Shown here: piece by piece, positions 26,495 through 46,340 of the stretch
Position numbering within the stretch: position 1 is the first letter of the stretch
Layout: every line of letters starts with the position of its first letter
Source: the human T2T-CHM13v2.0 reference genome, Homo sapiens
Reading direction: 5' to 3' (one strand)
DNA: 64,000 bases
Assembly (NCBI RefSeq): GCF_009914755.1
Contig: NC_060925.1
Position numbers and translations under genes: made by a program
The notes under the pieces: model-generated
What the model was told of the DNA's origin: nothing
Seen by the model: the letters and a program-made list of their open reading frames with translations, nothing else
The model's database searches: none

Positions 26495-27389
26495 TCAGGA
26501 ATAACTACTGTCAACATTCTGTTGTATTTCCTTCTAGTATTTTAATAGTATGTTTATATCTTTACATAGTTGATATCATAATGAATGTACAGTATTGATT
26601 TTTCACATAATGTCATAATCATGAACATTTTTCCATGTCATTACGATTCTTTGTAGACAGCTTTTTACTCTTTTACCTTCTATGTTTTGTGAATTCAAAG
26701 CTTTCAGACAAGGCCAGGGAGGAAAGAGAGTTCATGTGTCTCAGGACTGGGAGAGAGATGATAAGCAGTTCTGGGAACCAAATATTCTGAGCCAAAAATT
26801 GAGCCACAAGATCTGACCGAAGTGACCTTGGGTAAATAATTTAATCTCTCTGTGACTCAGTTTCCTCGTCTGTAAATTGAGGGTGATAATAGCACAGTTT
26901 TTACTTCTAAACTGTCTTGGAAAATGGCACCATCCAAGTTGTAGTTTTTATCATTTGGGAGACACAGGTATTTCAGAAGCTGTTGCTCGGTTGTCAAAAC
27001 ATTTGCATGTCACTGTAATGTAGGGATTGTGGGGTAAAATATTTGAAATCTTAACTGTCTTGGGAGATGTAGAATAAAAGATTACTCCTACCTAGAGGAA
27101 AGGGTATGGAGAAGGGAGTGAGGCCGAGGGACAGAAAAAGAGAAAGAGAGAGTCCTTCTAGCAAATTATCAGGGAAGAATACATAGAGGAGGAGACAATT
27201 TAAGTGGGCTTTAGAATCTTCCTTAAAAGTCATAACTCTTTGAGTTAAAAGCTCAAATACTGAGGTAGATGAACGTCATCTGACACTCCCTCATCACCAG
27301 ACTGGAACTCCATTCACAGAGCCTGCCTACCACCCACCACACAGACCAGCAGAGAGAAGGCGCTCAGTTAACGTCTGTAGAGCTGATAA

Positions 27390-27710
<321 letters not shown>

Positions 27711-27951
27711 ATAGTTTATTTTTTAACCAAGAACCAAACCCTGAACCAGAATTTTTGTTCTAGTGCAAGTATTCTCCACCAATTTTTCAGCACAATGTTA
27801 TTCGATATGAGAATATCAGCAGAGGTCCAAGTAGAATGTACTTTAAACAGCATTTGGCTTTTTGGCTCACAGTGAATGCTCATCTGTCCCAGAAACTATT
27901 GTCTTCATCCTTTGCATGATTTAACAATTAGCAATTTTCTTTTTGTTTTCC

Positions 27952-28253
<302 letters not shown>

Positions 28254-28831
28254 TGAGTAATTTTCTAAAACAAAAAACAAAAACAAAACAAAAAAACTCC
28301 AACAGTATTTTTTAAAGGGAAAAAAAACACGAACAAGTTTCAGCTCCTAACTCTGCCTTGTGTTGAAATAGAACTGATGGAGAAAGGAGCAGCGATTGGA
28401 GCCACACAACCTGGGTTCTGCTCTGGACACCTTAATGAGGAGCTGGGATGAGGTGGTGGAAGCAAGATTAAGAAGGGCTTATGGAAAAGTTAAGATTTAG
28501 CCCTATGAAGGTGCCAACTTCCCCACCACTGAAATTCCTCATCATCTAGAGGTTCAAGTCACCTACAAAGGACGCAGGTTATCCCTTCACAATCAGGGCC
28601 CAATCTATCATTTAACCGTTTAACCTCATCTCCAGCCACTCACATTCACATTCACATCTAGTAAATGTTCTTCCTCCTTGCCCTTCCTTGGGCTCTCGCT
28701 CCCCTTCCCCTTCTCACATCTACTTCCTGTCCCACCACAACCTGCTAAAATGTCCTTCCTCTAGAAAGCTGTGTTGATCCTGCTAGCTGAGTTCATCTCT
28801 TCGGTCACTCCATCTGAATCTCCAGTATGTC

Positions 28832-28934
28832 TTTTATGTCTTTCTCATATGCCTTCAAGCTACTTAAGTGAGTGTCTTGTGGTTTTTTTATGTCTTCCTC
28901 ATATGCCTTCAAGCTACTTAAGTGAGTGTCTTGT
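28832..28934. repeat. Tandem duplication, 54-bp period, 2 copies
   Basis: ttttatgtctt(t/c)ctcatatgccttcaagctacttaagtgagtgtcttgt occurs twice. Confidence 0.93.
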
Positions 28935-29457
28935 TTTTCTTATACCTAATTACAATAACACCTTTTATTTCTATAATGCTTTACAGATTACAAAGCAAGT
29001 TGGCATATATTTTATCACTTGGTCCTCACATCTGGTGAAGCAGCTCTTTCTATCGTTTACATAGAAGGACCTAAACCCAAAGAGGTTAAATAACTGGTCC
29101 AAAGTCATGATAACCCAGAGCTTTTATGCCAGCTCTCCCCTGCTGGACTGGAAGTTCCTTGAGGGCAAGAACCCTGCCTTAATTATTTTCATATCCCATC
29201 AAAACCAACACAGGAGCTGGTTCAGAGCAGATGCTCAGTAAATGAATATGTATGACCCTGGCCAATCCCTTCACCTCTCCACACCTCACAGTGCTAGGTA
29301 AAGATGTTCTTTACGTCCTTCCCAAATTCCTTTATGGCAAGAGTCAATAGCACCACTTCTCTGTATTCCCTTCTGACACCTGGATGAGCTGCATATCAGC
29401 AGGGCAATTGTCAGGATGTCCATTCCATTCTGTGCCTCTTCTTTCACTAAACACTAA

Positions 29458-30205
29458 TGTATTAGTTTCCTATTGCCGATATAACTAATTGCTGCAAACT
29501 TAGTCACTTAAAACAACACAAATTTGGCCGGGTGTGGTGGCTCACACCTGTAGTCCCAGCACTTTGGGAGGTCAAGGTGGGTGAATCACTTGAGGTCAGC
29601 AGTTCTAGGCCAGCCTGGCCAACATGGTAAAACCTGGTCTCTACTAAAAATACAAAAATTAGCCGGGCGTGATGGCTCAGACCTGTAATCCCAGCTACTC
29701 AGGAGGCTGAGGCAGAAGAATTGCTTGAACCAGGGAGGCAGAGGTTGCCATGATCCAATATGGCACCATTGCACTCCAGCCTGGGCAACAAAGTGAGACC
29801 CTGTCTCAAAAACAAACAAAAAACCCCCACAAATTGATTCAATTTATTCTCTTAAATATCTGGAGGTCAGAAGTCTGAAATTGGTCTCAGTGGGCCAGAG
29901 TCGAGGTGTGGGTCGGGCTGGTTCCTTCCAGACACTCTGAGGGGGAATCTGTTTCTTTGACTTTTTCAGCTTCTAGAGGCCTCCTGCATTCCTTGGTGTG
30001 CGCTCCCTTCCTCCGTCTTCAACGCTCATCACACCAATTGCAGCTTCTGACATCACATTGCCTTCTCTTCTGTGGGGAGATCTCCCCCTGCCTTCCTCTT
30101 ATAAGGACTCTTCTGATCACCTTTAGGGCCCACCTGGGTAAGATGGCATTCCTAGTTTCCAGACACGAGGACCTGGATCTGTTTGGGAGACATTATTCAG
30201 CCTAC
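29458..30205. mobile_element. MaLR LTR (MLT1-like) interrupted by an Alu at 29526-29823
   Basis: tgtattagtttcctattgc...aaacaacacaaatt[Alu]...ctggaggtcagaagtctgaaa...cattattcagcctac. Confidence 0.8.
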
Positions 30206-31372
30206 CGCAATTATTATTACACCAACAATTTACCTATTATTTGTATATTTATCTGTATCTCCAGTACACTGTGAGCAACTTGAAGACTAAGACTGTACCT
30301 TATCTACCTCTCTATTCTCGTCTCCTAACATGGCTCCTCAGATACAGTAGGTGCTTAATAAATAATGATTGTGTGAATGAACAATCCCATACTTACAGAC
30401 TTCTATTGCTTGTGCCTTAGGGAGCATCACAGCACAACATTCCAAAGAAATCTAAAGCTAACTTTTTTTTTAAATCTTAAAATAAATGTCAGTCTTTAGC
30501 ACAATTATCTTGGGACATAGAGGAGAAGATTATACAACACATTGCACAGCAAAGCTTCCGAAAAATGCCCTGAAGACATTTCTTCCCTCCTCCAGACCCC
30601 TTCACTTAGTCCCTGCACTTGCCCGCCCATCCACTGCCTCAGCCAGCGAAATCTGTAACTTTTCCCAGGGAAAATGCACAAGCATCAGGATTTAATTTTG
30701 ACACTACCCACTCTCAACCAATGGGCAGGCAATCAGCAGGAAGAAAAAAAAAAAGCACTATCTACTTCCTAAATTCTTGGATGTGTTTCTCAATCTGTCT
30801 CTCACACAGTGAGGTCTTCAAGGCACCCGTGGTCTAGTGCCCAATGACCCCATGACTCCATTTGGGACCAGTCCTGCCTCACTCGAAGCAATTCAAGGAG
30901 AACTGCCTCTAGCCAGGGTCCCAAGGCTGACTGTGAGACGGCCTCTGGTGAGGGGAGAAACCTGCCTGGTAGCCCAACTGAGACCTGAAGGCTTAGGGCA
31001 TCCAACCTTCCCACGCCAGCCTAGCATCTCCAGTGTAAATAACTTGAAGGCTTTCTTTCTTCCTCCTCCCAGATCCTCACTGTTTTGGGTAGCTCTTGGT
31101 TATAAATTCCTGATGCTTCTATCTGATCCAAACTTTCTTATTCTCTGAGCTGTGCTCCCAGGCACTTTGCTGCATGGCAAGATAACCTTAGTACAAAATA
31201 ATGATAGGAGCTTGCAGTTAATGAGAATCCCAATGTGGGAGCTTTCCCTGTTTTGTTGCACCTAAACCTCACTGCATCCCTAAGAGGAAGGTGCTGTTGT
31301 TAAACTGAGCCACAGGCGTGTAAGTGACTTGCCCAAGGTCACACAGCTAATAAATGGTAGAGTCAAAATTCA

Positions 31373-31699
<327 letters not shown>

Positions 31700-33041
31700 A
31701 TTCAAAGCCAGGCAGTCTGGCATGGCATGCAGGTAGGCAAAACATCTCATCTTCCTGTTTACCTGCATTATGAGTTGGACAAATAAATTGTAGCTCCTCT
31801 CCGTCTTGCCATGTTTCCTGTTTAGAACTTTCAGGCATCCCGTGGCATTTACAGAAGGCTCTGGGTTCACACAGGCGAAATTCCCTCACAATGGATCTTT
31901 ACTCTGGAATTTTCCCGTCCCAAGGCCTGCCACTCCTGCAGCCTTAGAAGGCACTTCCTCCCTGGTCCCATGCTCCCTGCGAAGTTCTCTACTTTCCAGG
32001 AGCGTGGCTTACAGCTTCCTCCTTTGGGCACCCAGTTCCTAATGAAACTGAACCTTTCAGTCCTGCCTGCCTGGGCACCCTCCTCTCTTCATCTTACTGC
32101 AGGACAAGTGTGTCCATGAGGCCGAGTTAATAGCGTCCATGAAGTGAAATGAAATCGTTACTTCAAGCCTCAAGCCTCACCAGGGAGTTTCTTAGACTTT
32201 TCAATCTGGCAGGTTGGCATAACCCTGTGTAAGAGGATTCTTCACCTAGTACAGTAAGTTCTGGGCAGCGCATTGTTCCAAAGATTAGAATTCTGATCTC
32301 AGGGGTGACCTCTCTTGGCTTTATTACAGAAAAATCACACTTCAACATCTCAGGTGGTAGCACTGCTGTGTTGACATTCACATTCTTTCATGTTAAAAAA
32401 AGTCCCCAGATTTTCATTCTTAATTGTCCAGTGTGTTATTATAAGAAAAGTTGCTTAGAATTTCCTCTATTATTTGGCACCTGAGTCATTTTCAAGTTTC
32501 ACTTTTTTACACAGTATGAAACAGATTGATTTTTTTTTGTTTGCTTTATTTTTGGTTTATTTACTTCCTTGTAGATAAGCTTCCAAAAACAGAATAAATA
32601 CTCCAAAAGATATGAGCATTTTTACTGCCTTTGATGCATATCCTTTTATTGTTTAAGAGATTGCACAAGTTCACATTATCACCAGCAACATATAAGTACC
32701 TGTTTCTCCACAGTTCTGTTAACATGGGATTTATTACTTTTACTAGCTTTTTGCTAGTCTAATAGTTCTAGAATGATATGTTAAAGTTGTTTAAATGGGC
32801 TTCTCTTTATTACTTTCAAGGCTGTATTTTTTTATGTGATAATTGTTCTTCCTTTTTGGGGGGAATAAACTGTTCCTCTCCTTTGACAATTTACAGAGTA
32901 GAATCCAGACACAAGCCAGTATTTTCTCCATCTATTGTTTTCTACTTGGGGATAAGCTTTTAATATTTGTCACATCTTTTATTTCTATAGCATAGTCTTG
33001 TATGTAGCTGCTGTAAAGTTCAGAGTAATCTTTATATATTT

Positions 33042-34132
<1,091 letters not shown>

Positions 34133-34309
34133 TGTATTATTACACATAATGCCATGTATTACTCTAAGATATTAAATTCCCTTTTTATTGTTTCATTGCT
34201 CAAACAATTAGCAAGCAATGAACTCTTTCTGCCTTGTGTTACTTCTGCTTTGTCATAAATTAAGTTTATAAAATAGAATAGCAGTGCCACAGGAATTTCT
34301 GTTCTATCG

Positions 34310-34940
34310 CATTCATTCATTCATTCATTCAACAAATATGTGTTAAGCACCTACTATGTGCCAGGTACCATTCTGGGTGCGAAGGATACAGCTGTTAACA
34401 AAACAAACATCCCTGCCCTCATGGAGCTATATCATTCTGGTGGTGGTGGAGACAATTTAAAAATAGATAACAGATGGATAAATAAATAATAAATAAGACA
34501 GGAAAAAGTGATAGGGAGCCTGGCATGGGAATGAAAAGTTGAACTTTTCTCTGGGAATCTTAAGGAGGACCTCATTGAGAAGATGCTGTTTTAGCAAAGC
34601 CCAAAGGAGGGGAGGGAACAAGTATGCAAATATGTGGGAGAAAAAAGGGTTCCAGACAGAAGCGCAAGTATAAAGGAACATCAAATTTTGTGACCTGGAA
34701 AGTGCCTAATGCATTCAGGCCTAGTGAGAGGCCAAGGTGACTGCAGTGGAATAAGTGACAGACAGAACAGGAGAGGTGACCAGACATGGAAGGGCGAGAG
34801 CAGATCTTGCAGGGCCAGGTCATGCATTGTAAGGACTGTGGTGTTTACTCAGAGGCAGATGAGAAGTCTAGGATGGTTTTGCACAAAGGAAAGGCAGGAT
34901 CTGACTTAGCTTATCAGTGCCACCCTGGCTGTGGTGCTAA
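34310..34940 (-). mobile_element. L2 fragment
   Basis: cattcattcattcattcattcaacaaatatgtgttaagcacctactatgtgccagg. Confidence 0.85.
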
Positions 34941-35493
34941 GAAAGTTTTGATCAATGTACTTTTTGTAATACATTTTAAATCCTGTGAAAGCCCTACTTT
35001 TTTTGGATCTTCTCTTATTTTCTAAGATTGTTATCTATTATTCTGCTTCTGTAATTATTTTGTAAGGCCTTAAACTGGTACTACATGAAATCTATTAACT
35101 TTGAAACACTGTCACATTTATTATATATGTATTTTTCCAATAATAATCTGGTGTATCTCTCCACTTATTCATATCCTCCTTTACTTTTACTGCTATAGTT
35201 TAGTAACTTTCTTGGAATAAATCTTGTGGCTTAAAGAAAATCCTCAAGCAAATTTATTTTTGGTTCGTGGTTATGAATGGAATCTTTCTCTCTTTTTATT
35301 TTATGTTTTTATTAATATGCAGCTATATTTCACTGACAGAAACGCAATTGTTCTATGTGGGTTTCTTTTGGCTCACATCTTTGCTAAATTCATGTATTAT
35401 TTATAGTAATTTAGGGGATACTATTCTTGGAACATTCAGATAAATAATCACGTCAATTGGAGTAGTATTTTTTACCCTAATTGTTTTTTTCGG

Positions 35494-35793
35494 TTTTTTT
35501 TTTTTTTTTTTTTAAGATGGAGTCTCGCTCTGTTGCCCAGGCTGGAGTGCAGTGGCATGATCTTGGCTCACTGTAACCTTCGCCTCCCAGGTTCAAGCAA
35601 TTCTTTGCCTCAGCCTCCGGAGTAGCTGGGATTACAGGCGCCCACCACCATGCCTGGCTAATTTTTTGTATTTTTAGTAGAGATGGGGTTTCACCATCTT
35701 GTCCAGGTTGGTCTTGAACTCCTGACCTCGTGATACACTCACCTCGGCCTCCCAAAGTGCTGGGATTACAGGCGTAAGCCACTGCACCTGGCC
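35494..35793 (-). mobile_element. Alu
   Basis: Poly-T plus Alu complement. Confidence 0.92.
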
Positions 35794-36349
35794 TACCCTA
35801 ATTATTTATGCCTTTCCCAAACAGCTATTGTCAGCATTTCTAGTACCACATTGAGAAAAACAGACATGGGTGAACCTTCTGTTCTGTTTTCCCGAGAAGC
35901 AAGTCTCGTGCATCTCCAATAAGTATGACATTGGTTCTTCAGATTAAGTACATTTTGTTCTTCTTATTTGAGAATAAAAATATCTGCATCTAATTGCAAA
36001 GATTTAATAAGGAATACATATTAAACTTTACTGACTGTCTTTTGAACAAGTATTAAAAATATAATTTGCTTAAAAATTGCTTTTCTTTTTCATTTACCAT
36101 TTAATTTTCCCTATTTTCTCTCTTTTGAAAATTAGCTAGTTAATAAAGTGCCAAGGAATCCAAATGCAATTATATTTTCATTTTTCTCTTTTTGCATGTC
36201 TTTGTTATTGCATTATTTAGAACCTAAAACTTGAGGATTATTAAACATTCATTGCTCAACATATGTTATCATTCTTCATATTCGTTATCATAAAATCTCC
36301 TTTGCTACTATATACTCAGGCGAGAAGTTAGGATACTCCCATCATCTTA

Positions 36350-37043
<694 letters not shown>

Positions 37044-37789
37044 TAATTATTTTTCTTATAGATAATTAATAGTTACATTTCTTTTTTAACTCAGTCTTTA
37101 AACTTATTTTCTTCTTATAGAGAGTTGTCTTCTGGATGTATAATATAAGTGATATAATTGTAAAATCTTTCATTGGTCCTGGTATTTATCTTTATTTCAT
37201 CATTCTTGACTTTCTTGTTTTCTTCAACTGGTCTTGGAGAGGAACAGAAGTACCAATACCAATCTTTGTGGTTATATTTTGACAGTCTGGAATCCTTTTT
37301 GAGGTTCAAGTTTTTTAGATGGGATTTGACAGATATTTGAATGCCAGGCACATTTTTTGCCTACATTGTCCCATTTATATGGGGTAACAAATGTGGGAAG
37401 GAGCTATTATCTTCATTTTGCAGACTTTGAGGCTCAGGGATGTTGGTTACTTGTCCGTGTTTTATATCTAGTAAGTGGTAGAACCATAATTTAAACTTTA
37501 TTAAATATCATATTACCAGTTGTTTTTACTTTGATTCATTAACCTTGCCTTTTGATAATGTCCTAGAGGATTATTTTTACCTAAAGTTTTTTTAGGTGAC
37601 TTCTTTGTACCTGGCTGTGACCTTTGCCTCTCTCTATAGGAATCTGCTGATAAAGAGAACCCAGTCCTCCACTTTGGTCTTCAAGAAAAAAGATGGAATC
37701 AGTCAATCTCATTAGATTACTGGAAAAGGAGAGGTTCAGATCCAAGTGTGCCCCTCTCGGAATTCCCGAAGTAGCTTCCTTGGCAGTGT

Positions 37790-37978
37790 TGTGTAGCTGT
37801 GGCCTGGGGACCGCCTGCCTCAGATGCATCTGAGAAGTTAACTGCTGTCTAACTAAACAGATCTCTGTCTCCACCTCAGACTTACTGAGTCAGAAGTTCT
37901 GGAGATAGGTCCCAGGAATCTATCTACTAACAGGCCCCCAGGTGATTCTTAGGTATACACAAAACTGAGAACCACCAC
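37790..37978. mobile_element. MER5-like MITE
   Basis: cccaggaatctatctactaacaggcccccaggtgattct...tgagaaccac. Confidence 0.6.
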
Positions 37979-37994
37979 CCAAGTTTGACACGGT

Positions 37995-38710
37995 ATGCCG
38001 CCTATGTAGGACACACTCTAGGATGACCCCCCAGTGAGTCATTGGGTGGAAACTGTGACCCCCGTCTGAGCAATAGAAAAATGGCAGACAGTGAGATGGA
38101 CTCTCATGTTACATTATAGAAGAAAAATGGCATTATAGAAGAAAAATGGCATTATGCAAGAAAAATGTATACATTATACAAGAATGTATATAAGAATGTA
38201 AAAAATGTATACATTATACAAGAAAAATGGCAAAGAAGTGGGATAGACTCTCATGTTACATTATACATTATACTTTACATTATGCAAGACTTACATTACA
38301 TTATGTTGCTACATTATATGAAATTCTGTCCTAGAGGACTAGAGAGAGGTTCTTGTGCTGGCCTTGAAGAAGTAAGAGGCCATGTAGTGACAGCCTGTGA
38401 AAAAGTCACATGCCAGGAAGTGTGGATGACCTCTAGAAGCTGAGAGCAGGCCCCAGATGACAGTCACAAGAAAACAGGGGCCCAGTCCTACAACCACAGG
38501 CCATGTGAGCTGGAAGAGGACCCGAGCTCCATAAAAGAATGCAGCCTGGCAGAAATCTTGATTGTTACCTTGTGAGACACTGAACAGAACACCCAGCAAA
38601 GCCATGCCTGGACTCCTGACCCACAGAGACTGTGAGATAATAAATGCATGCTGTGTTAAGCTACTAACTTTGGGGTCATTTGCTACATAGCAATAGAAAA
38701 AACTTAGACA
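37995..38710 (+). mobile_element. MaLR LTR (MLT1-like) with internal slippage repeats at ~38075-38320
   Basis: gtgagataataaatgcatgctgtgttaagctactaa...gcaatagaaaa MLT1 3' end. Confidence 0.75.
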
Positions 38711-38829
38711 TCTTCCTTCTCAAAATTTCAACATTCAGCTTTTTCATAGCATTATTTACAGACTTGGGGGGAGAGGCTGCAAGTAATAACCTATTTATTT
38801 ATGTTTTATTTTAAATATTTCTTTTAAAA

Positions 38830-40170
<1,341 letters not shown>

Positions 40171-40818
40171 GAAAAAATAGATAATACACATGGTACAAAA
40201 TTCCAAAGGTACAAAAGATTTTAAGTAAGTGCCCAACCTTAGAAGCAACCACTGTTACCAGTTTACTATGTATATTTCTAGACATATTTTTACTTAATAT
40301 AAATTGCAGGTCTTTACAAATCAGTCCATTTTAAAAAACCCTCTTTCTTTTTAAAAAGTGTCCATTTATGGCTGTACCATAATTTGCAGACCCAGTCTCT
40401 AGTCAATGGTCACTAGATTATCTCCAATCTTTTTACAAACAAAAATGAGCATAAAATTGCTGGACTAAAAAGTATGTGTATTTTTTTTCTATTTTTAAAG
40501 ATATTGTTAAATTATCCTCCGTAGAAGTTATAGCAATGTATATTTCCACCAGCAATGAGAGTGTCTATTTTTCCATCCCTTGCTGACACAGCATGTTACA
40601 AAATATTCAATTTGATAGGTAAAAAAGTAAATATCACTATAATTTTATTTTGTGTTTCACGTTGTGAGCGAGATTGAACATCTCTTCACGTTTTTTAAGA
40701 GTCATTTACATTATTATTTGCTTTTATAGTTGCTTTTTTGTAAACTATTTAGATCTGCCTGCTTTTCTATTGGGTTGTTGGTCTTTTTCACATTGTTTTA
40801 TAATAGTTCTTTATATAT

Positions 40819-41350
40819 GGTCTTGGCTCAGATTCCCTATGAAACAGAACCTGAAGCAAAGCTCACATGGTAATGTTTTACTGAGGGAGTGCAAGCCCAG
40901 ACCAGCATGCACGAAGGTAAAAATGGAAGGGAGGACAAAAAGGAGAGAAAGCAAATACAACATGGTGCATTATCAGGCTGACCATAGCTTCAGGAGGATA
41001 CAGACAGTTGCTCAGTTAAGTTGCCCAGTTGTCAGAAGTGAAGGATGGTGGGAATGGGAACAAGAGGATTTTATCTGTCCTCCTATCTGCAGCCTCTCAT
41101 AGATCCTTTTTTGCCACAGGGCATTAACTATCCTGCACTTCTGGGTTGCCTCACCTGCACAGATGGTGGGAAAGCCAGGTCCTATGTCCTACCTGAGACC
41201 AAAGGAGGAGAGCATCATATCTTCCAGATTTGGGTATCTGTGCAACTGTGGCCCTTGCCCAGCCTTCATCCTGGGGGGAGATGAGACAGGCAGTGTTGCT
41301 GGGAAGAAGGCAGAGAGGGCAGTGTTTAGGGCACCCTATGGAGCAAGCCA
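40819..41350. mobile_element. ERVL LTR16-like LTR
   Basis: gtcttggctcagattccctatgaaacagaacctgaagcaaag resembles an LTR16 terminus (recalled). Confidence 0.45.
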
Positions 41351-43116
41351 CTGAGGCCCTGCAGAGGCAGGTAGATGTGAGCAATTCTGGAGAGAATAAT
41401 AGTTATAGATATAGATACAAATATAATAATATATACTTATAATAATATGTATAATTATTGTTTTGCTGTATTATAATTTTTAGATATCCTCACTCACCCC
41501 CCCAAGTTTGTTATTTGACTTTAATCATTTATGTGATTCTTTTTGACCATGCAGAAATATTTGATTTTTATCTGACTGAATTTATCAATTCTTTATGTTA
41601 TGGCTTCAGCCTTTTCTGCCCCTGAGATTATGAAAAAACAAACAAGCAAACAAAACCAAAAAAACTTTTATATTTTCTTCTTGTGCTTCCGGAATTTCAT
41701 TTGTCAAAATTTAAATATGTCTGATCCATCTGGACTTTATTTTGCTATAAAAGCATATATTATAGATATAATTTTATTTTTTCCAAGAGGCTACACATTG
41801 TCCCTGATGTAAAAGGCCACCTTTATCACATATTAAATATACTTATTTTTGAAGAGTTCTTATTGAACATGCTTTCACCTAATGGGTCTGAAGTTTACTA
41901 GGTCTCAGAAATGATTTATGGGAGGAAAGTCACAAAATTGTAGAGCTGGACTCTGTCCTGCACTATTATCCACTCTATAGAAGACAATAGTGGTCAAATA
42001 ACAGAGTTAAAACATAATTAATATTTCATTTTGTAATACTATGGCCAAAGTTTCATCTCCTTCATTTCACCAAGATGTTGCTAGTTGTGGAGACATCGCC
42101 CAGTCCCGATGTATTGTTGTTTGAATTAAAGCTTCTTTCCCTGGAGAATGTTGTAAAATATAAATGTAGTTTTAGATGTGCTATTTTTACTTGGCATGGT
42201 CTGTGGGATAGCCTCAAAGGTATTTAAAATGCAAAAAAACAAAAACAAAAACAAAAACAAACAGTAAGACAGGAATGAATAGGAAAAAGAAAAAACATGT
42301 TTGAAAGAAATTGGACCTTCGAAACAACACTTGCCCTAGAGAATTAACCATTTATTTGTGCACCCAACCCCCTCCCCCCACCATTGATTTAACTTGTACA
42401 TCCTTCTGGCATAACCCCAAGACAATTTTAATGTCATTTAATTATTTATAGTCCATCCCTCCTGGCCAGACGGAAGCAAGCCATGCCTACATTTAATTCC
42501 AGGGCTTAGCCTAGAGCCTGAAACAGAATAGTTGCTTAAAACACATTTCTGAAATGAATGAAATAAAGAGCAGGTCAATGAATTAACCCAAGTCCTTTGA
42601 AAGCTTCTTCTGATGTCATCATTTCTTCCTCCAACCCCACCTGGACTCTGGGGTCCCACTGTGCCCTTTTACCTAATCACTGACTTCCTCACTTGCCCAT
42701 TTATGTGTCTGTCTTCCCCATCAAAGTGTGAACTCTGAAGATGACTGCCTTAATCATTTTTATACCCCTAGCACCTGATATACACTATAAACATTTGTGG
42801 GGTGAATAAATGAATGAATTACAGTTACAGAGGCAAGCAATTAGAAAAGCTCTGAAAGTTGTTAAGGGGAAGCTAGAGTATCTGGTCTTTGCATCCAGAA
42901 AAACAGACTTCTCTTTCCAAAGGAGAAAATGTGGTTAAGTAGAAAGCCCATATGCTTTGGAGAGAGAAGGCCTGAGTTCTAATTCCAGCTCTTCCACTTA
43001 CTTTGGGCAAGTCACTTATCTTATCTGAGCTTCAGTTTCCTGCACTGTAAACTGGGAATAGGATTGGAGATAATGTTTGGAGGTGTCCACCACAGGCATG
43101 GGCATGTAGTAAGCTA

Positions 43117-43499
<383 letters not shown>

Positions 43500-45561
43500 T
43501 TAGAATTTGGGTAGCTTTGGAGGAGATAGTTTGGGTGTGGAACGGAGTGAGGGGGACCTCTAGTCATTGTCATGGTGATACTAACCATCAAATACTGAGC
43601 CTACACTCCAAACACATCATTTCATTAATCCTCACAATAAATCCTAACGTCAGTGGTATCACCCCAATTGTCAAAAGGAGGAAACCAAACCTCAGAAAAC
43701 ATTTTTGAGTTTCAAGGTCACAGAGCTAGTAAGTGGTTGAGCTGGGTTCAAACCCAAACTCATTTGATTTCAAAGCATGTGCTCCAATTTTAACTTTTAT
43801 TATCTTATTCTGAATAATCTGGGAGCTGAGAATATTCTGGAAATAAAATCCAGGTTAGAGACCTGCCAAGAGCCTAGACAGTGAGTTAAGCTGGGCTAAG
43901 GCACTGAGTAAACTCAGAAATGTCTGTTTGTCATCTCCCTGTGCTTACTGCTCCTGTTGTTAAAGATGTCTTAGCATCTTAAACAACTGAGCTTGTGCTG
44001 AACCAGTGAACTACATTGGGTGTGGGAGCTGGTCCTTGGGGGAAAAAAATCTCTCCCTGCACCCATATGTTTAGAAGCAGAAAGTTACCCGTGATTTTAA
44101 GAAAGCTGCCTTTTAGGAGACTGCCCTGGGCCTGGCCTATCACATGAATACAGAATACTGGTTTGCATTTCACCAGCCTACATCAGATGTTTGTTTTAGC
44201 ATACCATACATTCTTAAAGCATGCGGGACAAGGAGATGCACTCCAGGAAGGGCCCTTTCAAAGTTTCGACTGGCTGTAACCTCTTTTGACCTTTGCTCTA
44301 GTGCACAGGCTCATCCTAGTCAAAGACTTGTCTTCAGCATTACAAAATTTAGAAACCAACTCTGAATTCACATGCATTGTTTGCCAATGTTTTTCAAGTC
44401 TTCTCACTTCCAGCTGGATGGTCTTAAATGTACTCTGACCCACACAGTTTCAGGCAAGTTGCAGAGCGCTTTGTAGGTATCCGATAAGTATGCCCTGAAT
44501 TGAGAGGCTAATTAAACAAGAGGAATTTAGCAATATCACCTCTTGGCGTGAGTATTATGTAGCATCTGTAGTCGGGAGGGGTGGAGGGGTTGCAGAGCAG
44601 GGGTGACTTCTTTAAAACCTCTCAGTTTGCATATATGCCTCCCCTACGAAAAGTCCTGCTGGTAATAAACATAATCTGCCCTGTGTGTTCCCACCACAGG
44701 GGGGACATATAGCATGAATAAGAACTGGCTTCCCTTAGAGAGCTTTTCCAAAGGACACCATCTATTTACTCAGCAAATATTTACTGAGCAAAATGGGAGG
44801 AGAAGGGCATCCTGGGGAGAGAGAAGAGTTTGAACAAAGCTAAAAAGGAGGGAAAACCAGGAGTATGTATGGGATACACTGAATAGTCAAATTCAGGTGA
44901 TAAAATCTGAAAGGTAGGAGGGAACTGATAAGTAGAGCTTTGAATGCGTGGCAAGGAGTTTGGACTTACTGAAACAGGCAAAAGGGAGCCAAAGAAGATT
45001 TTGAGCAAGTGATAAACATAATAAAAAATGCTTATTAGGCAAGTTAATATGCCAGCAGTTCCTAAATTGGACTGGGTTGAAGAATAACAATATAAAGCAG
45101 CCAGCAATGATTGAGTAGTTACTATGTACCCAGCACCATGCCAAACTCTTTGCATACATTTTCTCATTTAATGAAAGTAATAATTAATGCATTTAAGACT
45201 CAGTGTCTGGCCCATAATGTATTCCAACCCTCACAATCATCCTGTAAATTGAGTATTATTACCTCAGTTTTATAGGTGATGTCTATATTGGTCTGTTTGC
45301 TATTGCTTATAACAGAATACCTGAAACTGACTAACTTCTAAAGAAGTTTATTTCTTACAGTGATGGAGGCTAAGAAGTCCCAGGCTGAGGGGCTGCATCT
45401 GGCGAGTCTTCTTGCTGGTAGGGAGTCCCCAGGTAGTTCGGGGCACCCCATGGTGAGAGGCTGAGCAAGCTAATTAACTAATTAATTAACCATTTAATCC
45501 ATTAATCCATGAATGAATTAATACACAAATGAGGGCACTGTTCACATCAAATGTTTGAGAG

Positions 45562-46340
<779 letters not shown>

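Noticed and set aside
37115-37351. 78-aa minus-strand ORF in AT-rich DNA
   Set aside because: Weak resemblance to a decayed L1 endonuclease segment (IHPED vs IHQED); more likely an old LINE remnant, and too weak to call
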